A stretch of 64,000 nt of DNA from contig OX442314.1 in the NCBI GenBank assembly GCA_949358305.1, forward strand, positions 14,012,001-14,076,000, written 5' to 3'. This DNA comes from Strigamia acuminata. Lineage: Eukaryota. Below, in pieces: positions 51,395 through 64,000 of this stretch. The stretch's first letter is position 1. Each line of letters opens with the position of its first letter. Both the position numbers and the translations under genes were made by a program. Below the pieces are notes generated by a model. That model was not told the origin of the DNA. It searched no databases and saw only the letters and a program-made list of their open reading frames with translations.

Positions 51395-52360
51395 TGAGTA
51401 TTTCAGTTGCACTTTATATGATCTGCTGTGTATGAATGAAACTGAATGAATGCGGATCCATAAACCCATCATGCAGTTTTGCATGATTATGTAATTGTAT
51501 TCGCGGTACCGGTTCTCCGGATGATAACTATGTATATGTATATTTAAATTGATTTCATGCGAATCGAGCGGCCTTCTGATAAAGAATAACTACAGTTTTA
51601 ACACAAAGGTGCATTCAAAATTCTTGTTTCATAAGAAGTTACTTTGTAACGGTTATGCTTCTCTGCAATGGTGCAGAAAAATATATTATTATCCTCCAGA
51701 ATTTTCTCATCAACTTTTAAATCTTATAACTAAGGAAATGTGGTGATCTCGATTGTTTATTGAATAAAATATTATCACCACTTAAGAATATTTTGTATTT
51801 TTGATTAATTTGGTTTGGCACACGACAACCCAAGTTTTGCGACTAGGGGGTATAAACCCCCCAGGCACGTTTCACCCGAAATTGGCTGGGGTGAACTATT
51901 AATTAACCGTTCTGGTGCAACAATTTCTTTGTTTACGTGTACTGATCGTGTTTTGTTTGGGTGAATAGAAACCTTTGTTATCTTTGCACAGTTTTGCAAA
52001 GCCAGCCTTCATTGCGCCGTGTGTATCAACCGCTGTTGATACACGCACTTCCAAGTTAAGTGTTGGTAAATTCTGTTTTGGGGAAAACAGAGTTCGCCAT
52101 CGCCATCGCCGAGGACCATCGTTGAGTTTCTCCGGAGTCGTCGCCATTGCCATTGTCGTACGTGTGAGCTAGGACGATTTTGTAATCGTCCTAGGTGTGA
52201 GTAACGAGGGAGAAGACGCCTAGCTCATTTGTATGTCACGCGCACTACCGTTGCTGTGCGGTTTCCTTTGTTTCATTTTCCATTATTGTGTTTTCCTTAT
52301 CCTTGTCATAATTATTATCGCCATTTCATTTGTATTTATCGAATAATTATTGTCCATTTG

Positions 52361-52873
52361 GGTATAATTTTACTTTACCGGCCACCTCTCAGATTATCTC
52401 CACAATTTGGTTTTAGGGGTTGTCAAGGGTTGGTAATCGAATGGCGTTGACGGTTTTGGGGACAAACGAAAACGAAACCGGAACCGGAACCGGAACCGGA
52501 ACCGGTAATCAGGAGATTAATGGCTGTAGGTTAAGCAGGGAATCATACGGCCAATTGCTTTTGTTGTTGCTGTCGTCGTCGCTAGTTCCACAATGTTAGC
52601 GGGCAGGGGGGTCGGGGAAGAGCGGGGGCGGAAAGGGGGGGTTCAGGGGGGGGCAGAGCCCCCCTTGAATAAAAAAGAGAAAGCAGGTGCATAACAATTA
52701 ACAATATGAGGGCAATTGATAGTAGTTTAACTGGTCGTTAATCTCCTGATTTCCGCTTCCGTTTTTGTTTGCCACAAAAACCGTCAACGCCATTCGATTT
52801 TTCACCCTTGAATACCTCTAAATCCAAATTTTCGAGATGATCTGAGAGGTGGCTGATAAAGTAAAATTGTTCC
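52361..52873. mobile_element. foldback MITE with long imperfect TIRs
   Basis: The left arm (ttttactttaccggccacctctcagattatctc…atcgaatggcgttgacggtttt) is the reverse complement of ~52750-52870; the interior has a (GAACCG)n run and a G/C hairpin. Confidence 0.7.
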
Positions 52874-53493
52874 TTCATTTGTATTACACTTAACTGTTTA
52901 ATCATTTACCCCTAGACAACAACCAGTAATTATTAATATTTCAGATACAAGCCTTATAAATAGCATTCAATGTGTGATAATAACCCGGATCGCAGCAGAA
53001 AGGAGAATGTTTTGTACATAACTGCGCCCAGAAAATTGTACATATAATGTGTAAAAATAGAAAACGTTTTTATTCAATTAGGATTGGTGAGATTATTCCT
53101 CTGATTGATTCAATACGTAATGCTCTTGTTTAGAGATCTTTTCACTAAATCCCTACTAAAATCGAAAAAATAGAAATTACATTAGTCGTTTTATCAATAT
53201 TCGTACAAATATTTAATTTGCATTGCGAAATTGATCAGAAATTAGAAATTTTGGTTGTTTTCCACTCAACAGAGGTCAGTGATGGGCATGGACTCGAAAT
53301 GACTCATTCCTGATTGAAACTGAAATATCACAACTGTAAGGTTTAAAATTAGAAAATGAATTATACTTTTATTTATAAAATGGAAGATAAATTCTACAAC
53401 TACACATGTGATAATCGATATAAAATTGATTTTGCAAAGCATTTCTGCAACACTCCATGAGATGTACGAAAACGAACGCATTCTCTTCATCGT

Positions 53494-56467
53494 TTATAAA
53501 TTTGGCACTGTAGATGTATCATTATGAGATTGCGAAGGAAATGTTCTATAACTGCAACCATAACTAGAATTCGAATCTTCCTCAGATTGAAGTAATACAG
53601 TACAGTTATATGCTGATAACCTTTTAAAATCGACCAATATAATGCTTTAAAAATAAAATAGGAAATTATTATTAATAAGCATACAGGTATTTGCGCAAAA
53701 TTTCTTAATTTTTTTACCAAAAAAATACTGCTGAAATGCTACAAAATGCTGCAGACAAAAGATACGCTGCACCCGGAAAAGAATCGAGTGTTTTATTGTA
53801 TAATCGTGTGTACATGACACCAGCAAAGAATGAAATAAACACTTCACTTCCGTCTTTCAAAGCAAAAAGCTTTCCTGTATCAACAAATTAATTAGTACAC
53901 CATCTTTCATTCTTTGTCATTACGGTTTCTTAAATTAAATGCAAGTAAATACTTAACCATATTCATCAGGATCGATAATTTTAGTAGAAAATGATTTCAT
54001 AGCGGGAAAAACAAAGGCATAAAATGTAGTCAACGACAATGCTAGAATTTCAAAAATAAATTTTGTATACTTTATACTGTACATATCTTTACATTATAAG
54101 GTAAGTTCAGAAACAGAAGATCTTCTGTTTATCAGACGATTTTTTGTTCTCACGTTTCCAACTTATTTACAACGTAATTAATGTTTAATGGATCGTTTCA
54201 TACCTGCCCACAACATCCAAGTTTGTGTGCTAAACGCCACTAAAATTGGATTGACAATTGTGGCGACATTTCCAATTAATTCAATAGTAGGATCAGATAA
54301 TTTCAGTTTGTTTGCAAACACAGGTAAGCAAATTAAAGTACCTGTAGCAAAGAAATGAGGCACTGTAGTAAAGTTTACGACCCTAAAACCCACACAACAA
54401 AATAAAACAGATGTTGGGAATTATTATTTAGTGTAGAAAATCAACAATTGATGGCGTTAGTAATATTAGAGTAGTTTTGTGTTTGTTAGTCATGTGGTGA
54501 TGCGCTTCTATATTTGGTGTGGTCACTCTTTAGTTTTGTTCTTTGTTGTTCGCATCTCATGTATCCAGTGATGTATTAACCTTCCCATAGCCAAGCCTAG
54601 TTTCCACCATTGCTAGCTAAGGTCGGTCATTTCTGCCTTCTTTTAAAAATCCTTCTGCACATGTGCACAATCACATTTTTCCTGGTGCAATCGCATTTTT
54701 CCTGGTAAAAGCACATGTTTTAGGACTAATTTTAATACGCCACCTAGTGCAAACAGATGGCAAAGTGGTGTACGGCGCTCCCATTAAAGGTGTTTTATGT
54801 TATAAATATTAAATTATCTTATTAATTATTGAAAAACTATTTGTATTTAGACATTATAAAATAAGAAAAAAATGTTTTTGAGGAATAAAAGTTAACCTCA
54901 TTAATTAATTTTCAGGAAAAAAAGAATTACAGTGATTTTTGCACTTCTGTAATTTTTTTGACCTACCATGGCTATGGGAAGGTTAATTTCAATCCAGAAG
55001 TAAATCACGTTTGTTTTCGTTCAATATAACAACAGAGACATCCGGTTGACATCCAAAAGATGTGATCAAGTGACATTGTTGATGTCACATGCAATGATAA
55101 AGAGATGAATTTATTCCAAAGACTTGATCTGACCTAATCTGTCCTGAACTGGCCTAAGCTGGCCTAGAAATAGGTCATGTTAAGTCAGTTTGGGTCGAGC
55201 CAGGTCATATCAGTTCCTGCACCTGCAGACAACAGAGTGTCCCTTTCCCTTAATTATGTGTGTGTGTATGTGTATTATGCGTTAATTACTCATTCTTCTT
55301 ACCAATGCAAGCAAGAAGAGTTCCAACAGCTGAATAATAACTGTAGATGTCCTGGCCCCAGCTAAACTTATAGCGATAAAATAGCTGTGCAATTTGGACC
55401 TCGCCTACACAGTGAGAAAAATGTGTATTAGTTACCGGTTTCTTTTGATTTGATTTGATTTTATTTTACCAACTGAAGGGACAGTCTGAAACCAATTTGC
55501 TGCAACGATCAATAAAATCCACAACCTGTAATGACCGTCACGACGCTTAAACAGAACTCTAAAGTACGCCTTTAAATCTTTCAACGAGAATATATTTCGA
55601 AGACGATGTTTAAATGCGATTTGTTGTGGCGTCTGCTCATTGCTGATATTGCTGACTGGAATTATAACCTGAATTCTCCAAGTAAGATATATAAAAGAAA
55701 TGAGACGTACTGCCGCTGCTGAAGCAAAAATTAGCCAAAATCCCCAATGTGCTTGTGTGTAACCACTAATGGCTGTACCTATAGGAAATGATATGAATTT
55801 TGTTGCAGTAAAGAAACCGAATCTTGAAGTGCGCCATTCTGGGCTTGACACGTCTGCAATGTAACTAATAGCAGCAGTCTCAAACACTCTGTTGCCTCCT
55901 GTCAGGCCTATTGCAGCTGAGAAGGCAAAAAGTGTTTCTGGTGGCCACTCATCAAATAAAGAAATCACAAGCAGTACAAATGCAGCAACTAAATATCCAA
56001 ATTTAGCAAATAACATGGGCATTTTGCGCCCGTGATTATCACTCCAAGCGCCCAATACAAAACTCAATATCAAGCTGGGAATGAATTCGATGTAGGAACG
56101 ATAAACACTCAGATCGTTTTCAATCTCTTCAACCTGTCAAATTAAATTGGACATATTTCAATTATATAATAATATTGTAATCATGTTCATTATGTCACTC
56201 AGTCATGCACAAACTGCGACTCGTGGGTTTCCTTTAGTGTGCATCCTTCGTACGTACCTCTTTTTCAATCGTTTTATTATTTAAATCTCTACAAACTGTT
56301 GAAGAATAATGTAATGTCACGTGACAAATTTTGTGTAGGCTCAAAGTTATCATTGTTTGACTTTGCAAGGCCCATGCCAAAGTGGATAGACAGAGAACGG
56401 GTTCTATAGTAATTGACTTGAAAAAACCTCGCCAGGAAAATAGATTTTGACGAATTTGGTCTGGCAT
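53494..56467 (-). CDS. SLC46-family MFS transporter, paralog 4 (divergent)
   Basis: ITIEP, GAWSDNHGRK, SYIADVS…RTSR; different intron positions in the 5' half; stop at 53494-53496. Confidence 0.84.
54580..54982. mobile_element. piggyBac-like MITE (403 bp) in an intron of SLC46 paralog 4
   Basis: TTAA|CCTTCCCATAGCCA … TGGCTATGGGAAGG|TTAA: perfect 14-bp TIR and TTAA TSD. Confidence 0.85.
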
Positions 56468-57119
56468 TTTTCATTCAGTTACTGTACTAAGGTAGAGGCG
56501 TTGCCAGGAAGCAAACATCAACTAAAATAAAAATCTAAGTTAAAGAAATCGAAATTTTATCATGAAAAAAAGCACTTACTATAGTCACAATGGAATGTCC
56601 AAATACAAACACTGGGAATCATGCAAGAAGTGCGCATCTTTAAGAGCTACTGCTGGAGCGTCTGGTGATGATATGAAATAAAAAAAAGGTAAATCCCCGT
56701 TTCTTAACAAGGTCAGTTTACTTTAAATACTTTATACTTATACTTTATCTTTAAAATATAATTAATTTACGTACCGGTACATCTATAAATTTGAATTATT
56801 ATTTTATAAGAGTTGGTGTTCCAAATGCAAAAAATAAAATCTTTTTAATTCAAAACCGAAAATTCAAGCGAAGTTTATCGTACAAAAGTCAGAACAGCGG
56901 AAATCCTCATTCCTTTTATCACTCCCCGAAAGTTTATTAGTTTTAGAAGAATAAGAATGAGTCATAAATTTTCTATAATTTAAAAAGGGGAATTTAAAAT
57001 AATCCCCGTTATATAATACGACAAAATATACGTGGTATTGGAAATTAAACTTTAACTTTCATTTATAAAACAAATTTCGATCATTTTTGTACAGATTTGT
57101 GTAGAATATGATCTAAAAA

Positions 57120-59099
57120 TTAGGGGAGGTCCGGATTATTAATGTCTTTGTTGTTGTCTTCAATTTGTCTATAGTTCTCATACTTCCTTTTGTTAAAAAA
57201 TATCCAACTACAAAATAAAAAATAAAATAAAACGTGATTTCTCATTCTCAGTAAAATTAAGAAAAAAGTTTGATGTATTTTACATGAAGATTATTAATGG
57301 TATTATCGCTAAACCAGTTGTCAGAAAAAAGACAGCTCCTGGAAAAGTATTGACAGTTGCTTTGTACAACTGAGAGTAGAAAATTGATGCAAAAATGGGA
57401 GTCAGGGATTCACAACACGCAATAACTGCAAAAAACTTTCCTAAAATGTTAACAAATTATTCACATTAAAAATAAATAATCAAAAATAAATGTCACCTGT
57501 TAATAACTTACCCACTTCATCTTTAGCAACTACCTTTGATCCGAATGAACGAACAGCTGGCATTCCAAAAATACTATAAAACGACACTGATGAAGCTAAA
57601 TTGGAAACAATGTTTAACTCAATTCAAAAATAAATAAATAAATAAATAAACATAAAACCATACCCACGTACAACATCCAAGGAGCAAAACTCAGAGCTAT
57701 TGTAACTTCTTTAATTATTGTCCCAATAATTCCTAGTACACCCAAGGCTAAGTCTGGCAGATGAAATCTTTTCAAAACAAATTGGTAGAGTAGACCAGTG
57801 GCTTAAAACAACAATAAATGGTTAAATGCGTGGCCAATCTTGCTGATTTACCTCTATGTCTTTACTGTCTTACCGACTACAGAAATAACGGAAGTATAGG
57901 TGCTGTAATACCCCAATGTCACTTGGTTCCAGTTAAATTTATTTTCCACAAATAATAACCAGACACTTGATTCACCTAATACGTGAAAAAAAAACTATAA
58001 AACATGAAAAACTAATCGAGAATTATAACGAATTCTTACCTATCTGTGGGCATAGTAAGAGAAACATACAGAATAACATAGAATTTACATAAATCCGATC
58101 ATTTCCGGGACGGCTCGTTGTGCATAATTTTAAATTGTCCGATACGTTCTGTATATCAAACATGTCCCAAAATACACTACATCTTCTGCCGTCATTTACA
58201 AAATGGATTGTTTCGCGCACGAAAACTGTGGTGTAGAGTAAAGATGTGAGCGAAAGAGCCCCAACTGTTGCATAAACCGGTACGAAGCCCCATTGGCCGT
58301 ATACGACAGAACTCAATAACATTCCACTTGGAAAAGCAAGAGTCAAGGCAAAACTAACTACAACAATTCTATTGGTTCTATTCTGTTGGGTTGTTATGTC
58401 CGAAATGTAACTGAAAATACCCATAATCAACGAAACCATACCGCCTGTCAATCCGATGAATATCGAACTGATCAGTATATATTCGGGAGGTGTGTGGGAA
58501 AAATAAGCGAAAAAAGCATTGCAAATTGAGCAGCACATATAACCAAATGCCGGGAATTGAATGGGGAATTTTCTGCTGTGTTTATCGCTCCATGAGCCGA
58601 GAAAGAGAGAGTACAATACTGCGGGTATGGTTTCGATAAAGCTTCTATACATTATCAAATCAGCCGAGTGCGACTGGATTTTATCGGAGACGTTGGGGTA
58701 ATGGGTAAAGTTGTTACAGATGGAATCGGAGTAATTGTATGTCACGCGACAAACTTTGTCTATTGTAAGCGAGCTCGAAGTTACCATTTGTAAAGACATT
58801 GCACAGACGGTAAGGTAAATCGCGGGTTCGATGGTTATTAATGGATAGACGATCGCTGAAGGGTGGTCGACGAGTTCTGTGGGTTTGACTTGAGTCACTT
58901 CTTTGGACTCATTTACAGAAGCGTTTACAGGTGAGAGAATATTTTTATCTTTAGGAATCATTTTGGTGCTTAAATCTTTGTCTGTAAAATTCTTCTCAGG
59001 TGATTCGAAAAGGTCTTTATCAGGCAATACTTCGTTATCGAGAAGATTATCTTGTGATCCATTTATCGGTCGGTCGGTGTGAATTTTGCCATCACTCAT
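57120..59099 (-). CDS. SLC46-family MFS transporter, paralog 5
   Basis: Long first coding exon; ITIEP, GSWSDKHSRK, SYISDIT…RTNR; stop at 57120-57122. Confidence 0.88.
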
Positions 59100-60234
59100 C
59101 GTTGTACAATCTAAAAATATATATGGAATAGAATAAAAATAGGTACAGATAGAAAATTTTACTTTCAATTTTGTGAGGAGCAGAAAATAATACTGTATTT
59201 CATTAAAGGGGAGCCTCGAGTTGAGGCTACTCAAAAATTAAAACCAATAGACCTTTGGAAAAATGAGGTCAGGTGGCACGATCATGTGATCGTAACAATG
59301 GTTGCTCCCCATCTATGAGAAAAACCATCACAAAACATGTTAATTTGTAGTTATCTTATTGCGGTTGGAGCCAAACTGCATTATATCAAAATTTTCCAAT
59401 GGTCTATTGTTCAATTTTTGCTTCTGAATTTTTTTGAAGTGTGGTGTTTGGGGGGTTGCCATAGCAACTTATTGTTGAGCTCAGGCACCCAGGGAATGAG
59501 TAATTTCTTGGTTAAAGTTTTTTGCTGCATGCAAAGTCAATCCAAATTAAAATTTGAATAAGAGAAAACCACACAAGAACACTCCCAAGAAAAACCATTG
59601 ATTTTGTGATTGTTTTATGGAACCTCGACGTCATATCTTTGACTCAGCCTTGTCCAGTTATTTCCTGGAACAGGCATACTTATTTTAGTCACTTTTACAG
59701 AAGAAAAATTCCCACTTGGCTTTCCGGTACGAACGGGAAGACAACAACCCGAGAGGACAAATTTAAGGTTGGCCTTCAAATTTGGCGTCGTACTGGATTG
59801 CTGAAGCGACTCGTGAATTGATTCTCTGAGTTGGACCGCAGAAATAACCGCACTTGATTCCTAGTGGATCAGACCGTGGAAATAACCATATTTGACTCGA
59901 TTTCAATCGAAGTCGTCTTGATTTCTTAAAGCTGCAAGGCGGGTAAGCTTATATTTGGGCCTATTTTTCTGTGGGGCAGCATTTTGTTCCAAAAGGGACT
60001 TCAAAACTCCACTACAGGTGCGAAGAACCCCGGGTGGACGGTAGACTAATTTGCCACTGTCTCGATCTCGATTCTCAAAATCGAGTTTAAATTTTTTATA
60101 ATGTATTAAAACTTACTTTTGATTTGAGGATTACTCAAGAAATGATAAGGTTTGAAAAGTGGAAGAAGTGGAAACAATCAAAAATAAAGTATTCACTAAA
60201 CACTATTGAATTTTTTTCTGCTTTTTAATGAAAC

Positions 60235-60242
60235 TCATGTGA
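60235..60242. promoter_or_regulatory. M-box/E-box TCATGTGA in a conserved upstream block of SLC46 paralog 5
   Basis: The block tcatgtgagttgat…gtgttaaat.atct recurs upstream of paralog 6 (63016-63055) while flanking DNA has diverged. Confidence 0.4.
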
Positions 60243-60514
60243 GTTGATTACACAGATGGCCGTGTTAAATTATCTTTCAAACGGACTTATCGTCATTTAT
60301 CAGAACAGTATACAAATTAAAAAAAAAATAACCGAAAAAAATACCAACAACACGCTATCTTAAATTTACTTTTATATTGGTTTTTGCTGCTGCCATTGTT
60401 TGGCTTAATTCTTGGTCCACTTAAGCCTTGTTTAAATAATAAATTATTACGAAAAATATGCTAAAATTGGAATTTTTTAAAACTATTTTTATAACAGTTA
60501 ACAGTTCTGGTAAA

Positions 60515-62430
60515 CTAAGTTGAAATTGATTGATCCCGATTGATAATTCCCTTCTCTTCAAGTTGTTTGTACATTTCATATTTTTTGTTGTTAAAATGAA
60601 CCCAGCTGTGTAAAAAATAATACATACTCGTATAAATATAATAATCTACTACCGGCAGCAAAAAATAACGTCGAATATAAAGAAAACGAGATTCTTACAT
60701 GAAAATTGTTAGTGGAATTAACGAAACACCAGCTGATAACAAAAACACAGCGCCAGGATAACTTTCGCTAGTCGCTTTGTACATCTGAGTGTAGACAACA
60801 GATGACACAAGGGGCGAACCCGCTTCAAAAGACGAAGCAACAGCGTATAATTTACCTGCAAATATGAGAACGAAGCAATAATTGTGGAAAAATTAACAAA
60901 AAAAAAACCCACCGATTTCTTCCTTAGTCACTAACTTTGATAAAAAAGACCGAACTGTTGGCATACCGATGAATTCAAAACATGACACGGTTGCAGCTGA
61001 CAAAGTAATAAATCTATAAATCTAGAAACACCAACATTACATCAAACCTTACCCAAATATAACATCCAGCCTTCAACACTTATGGAGCAAATTACAGCTT
61101 TAAGAAACATGCCACAAACTCCTATTGCACCTAACACCAAATCTGCTAATTTAAATTTCTTAACAAGAAGTTTGAAGATCACAACCGTGCCTAGAACAAA
61201 TTGAAACAACTGTACAGTTTATTATTAATTTCTTTCCATAGTACACGGTACCTATTGCAGTTATCACAATAAAATAGATAGTGTAATACCCTAAAGAGGT
61301 TTGATCCCAGTCAAACTTTGCTTGCACAAACAATAACATAATATTCCCTTCACCTGAAATATAAAAGAAAGCTGTAACTATCAACACATTCACTGAAAAC
61401 AATCTCAATTCTTACCCATCAACGGGAACAACAATAGAAACATAGCAAATAACATAAGACTAAGGTAAAGTCGGTGATTTCCTTCGCGCTTTACAGTCAA
61501 GATTTTCATATTGTCAACCACGTTTTGCACATCGAACATATCGCGAAAAACACTGCACTTCCTGCCGTCGCTGACAGATTCGACAGTTTCAGTCAAGAAA
61601 ATTATAGAGTAGAATATGGCAAGACACACGGCAATTCCACTGATTACATAAATAGGTATGTAACTCCATTCGGCATACAGTACCGAACTCAACGCCATTC
61701 CAATTGGTAAAGCAACGAATAGTGACAGATCAGCTATAGCGATTCTTTTAGTTCGAGCTTTTGTAGTCGATATGTCCGTAATGTAACTGTAACATCCCAT
61801 ACTTACAGAAACCATTCCTCCAGTCGATCCAATAAATGCTGAACTAATCAATAAGTATTCTGGAGGTGTTTCTGTGTAATAAGCAAGAAGAGTAGTAAGA
61901 ACTGCGCTGCCTAAATAGCCGAAAAGTGGGAAAATTATAGGGAATTTTCTGCTGTGTTTATCGCTCCACGAGCCGAGGAAACAGCAGTACAGAACTGCGG
62001 GAATGGTTTCAATGAGACTTTTATACATCCCCAAGTCAGCCGAGTAAGATTGGATTTTATCCTTCGCGTCTGGATCGCCTGTATAGTTTTTACAGAAATT
62101 TAATGAATAATTGTACGTCACGTGGCAAATTTTGTCGATCATAAGTGAACTTGAAGTATTTATTTGCAAAGAGAATGCAAACATGGTAAGGAATAGTGTT
62201 GGTTCAACTGTAATCCACTTTTTAATGATTGCTCGTGGTTTGTCTTCTGGGTCCTCTGGTTCCGCAGATTCCTCTTCTTTAGTATAAGCGGGTGCTAAAT
62301 TTTTACTATCTTTAATTGACCCGTATGACGGTGGTAATTCCTCATTATCAAGAAGATTATCTTGCGAGCTTGTTTTTGGTAAATTAGTGTCATACTTAGC
62401 ATCTGAAGTACTTCTGGTGGCAGACATCAT
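60515..62430 (-). CDS. SLC46-family MFS transporter, paralog 6
   Basis: ITVEP, GSWSDKHSRK, SYITDIS…RTKR; stop at 60515-60517. Confidence 0.88.
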
Positions 62431-63015
62431 ACAAATCTATTAAATCAAACACAAATGTTTAAATCACCGCATCTCTTTCATTGATTCAATCTAATCCGCT
62501 GAAGTAAAGACACAATACGACACATTCAAAAATGTTAACTTGATTTTACACATTTTCCGTGTAATATTTTTGGATTTTTCAAAGAGAGCTGGAGTTATTT
62601 TTATAGAAAGGAATAATACGCCTGCCTGCACAACACATTTCCAAACAACCACAATCTAGCTTGCAAATTTGAATAAAAAATTATTTTCTTTTATTGGAAT
62701 CACAAAGACGAATATGATGAAATTGGTTGAGCTAGAACTTCCTTTTCCACTTCTAAATCACATGATTAATTGAATAGGTGTATTCAAATTCAAAAATAAT
62801 AACAGCAGATACGCATTTCATGGAGACTTTGCCCGATACCATCAAGCTCACGTGTCAGTCGATTAAACTGATATGACAAACTCCTACTTCAACAACACAT
62901 GTTTGTAATTTTATAGAAACTATTAAAACTTACTTTCAACTTTCGATAAAATTAAACAACCTGCATTTCATCCTACTTTGATCGGTAGAATAAATCTAGA
63001 AAATTTTAATGTAAA

Positions 63016-63023
63016 TCATGTGA
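63016..63023. promoter_or_regulatory. M-box/E-box TCATGTGA upstream of SLC46 paralog 6
   Basis: Counterpart of 60235-60242, similarly placed relative to a conserved 5'UTR splice donor (attaaaacttacttt at ~60105 and ~62922). Confidence 0.4.
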
Positions 63024-63208
63024 GTTGATATGATTAGGGTTGTGTTAAATGATCTAAAAATAAGATTGTAATCAACATTATATCAGCGTGTATAACACCG
63101 TTTCAAAGGAGGAAGGAATCAAAAATTTAAAACGGATAAAATAAATTAAATAAATAAATATTTTTTTATTAATCAGAATTTTTACCGTAGTTTTAACTTT
63201 AAAAAGTG

Positions 63209-64000
63209 CTACTTAATTTTTTCACCGACATCTTCAAGCTGTTTGTTCCTGTCAAACTTTCTTTTGTCAATAAATATCCAGCTAATGGTAACAAAACAAA
63301 AAATATATCATAGTTACAATTTAAAATAAGAAAAATTCATTCCTACATAAAAATCATTAAAGGTATTATCGCTAGACTGGTTGATAAAACATACACAGCT
63401 CCCGGATGTTTATCTTTGAAGGCTTTGTACAACTGAGAGTAAGCAATCGAAGAGAAAATGGGAGCCAGAGACTCGCAAGAAGAAATCACTGCAAATAACT
63501 TTCCTATACAATATTAACAAATCATTTTTAAAAAAGAGTAAAGTAAATTTAAAATAAAAGATCAAATAAACGACTCACCAACTTCATCTTTAGCCACTAA
63601 CTTTGTTAGAAACGAACGAACAGTTGGCTCACTTAAAAATTGTAAAAATGATACCGATGCAGCTAAACACATAGTTTAAACATAAAAAAAATAACTAATA
63701 CAATAAATAACCTTAAAATACCCATATACAACATCCAGCCGGCAGAACTCATAGATATTATGACATTTTTAATGATAATAGCAATAACTCCCAATCCAGC
63801 CAACACCAAGTCCGATAGCTGATACTTTTCCAGAAAAAATTTGTAGAGCAAACCAGTACCTTAAAAACAATAATACGCGATTAAAAATCAAACCAAATGA
63901 TTCTACCTGGTATATATCCCAATGATCTCACCGATTACACTAATAACTGAATTGTACGTAGTGTAGTATCCCAACGACGTTTGATTCCAGCCAAACTTAG
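63209..64000 (-). CDS. SLC46-family MFS transporter, paralog 7 (3' part; extends past window)
   Basis: Last exons parallel those of paralogs 5 and 6 (LSDLVLAGLG…GWMLYM; VRSFLTKLVAKDEVGKLFAVISSCESLAPIFSS); TAG at 63209-63211. Confidence 0.85.

Noticed and set aside
51805..52350. GC-richer block with small hairpins, possibly a solo LTR or ncRNA
   Set aside because: No TSD, defined termini or second copy in the window, so it cannot be classified.
1..64000. CRISPR array, rRNA/tRNA genes or a prokaryotic defence operon
   Set aside because: No regularly spaced repeat-spacer array or structural RNA gene recognised; host genes are spliceosomal.

Overview
AT-rich, intron-dense eukaryotic DNA, probably from an arthropod (short 55-70 nt GT-AG introns, TTAGG repeats). 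From left to right: (1) the 3' part of an ORF1-only CR1/L2-like non-LTR element; (2) a recent tandem duplication of a Dicer gene with an intact helicase (Dicer-2-like). Copy B (14412-23631, minus, 14 exons, 1671 aa by my exon assembly) is complete; copy A (1063-10733) runs to exon 12, and its next intron holds the non-LTR insertion; (3) DESI2/PPPDE1 (+), head-to-head with copy B; (4) TBCE (-); (5) a small spliced gene encoding a DUF3253 domain, a family I know mainly from bacteria and fungi, so a horizontal-transfer candidate; (6) an intact Ty3/Gypsy Mag-like LTR retrotransposon with identical 128-bp LTRs and a 5-bp TSD; (7) the HECT ligase AREL1 (+); (8) at least seven tandem SLC46-family transporters (-). 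Several MITEs (Tc1, Tc2, hAT, piggyBac-like and a TTAGG-cored foldback) are present, some with empty paralogous sites. Exon coordinates were read by eye and family names come from recognised motifs, not database searches.
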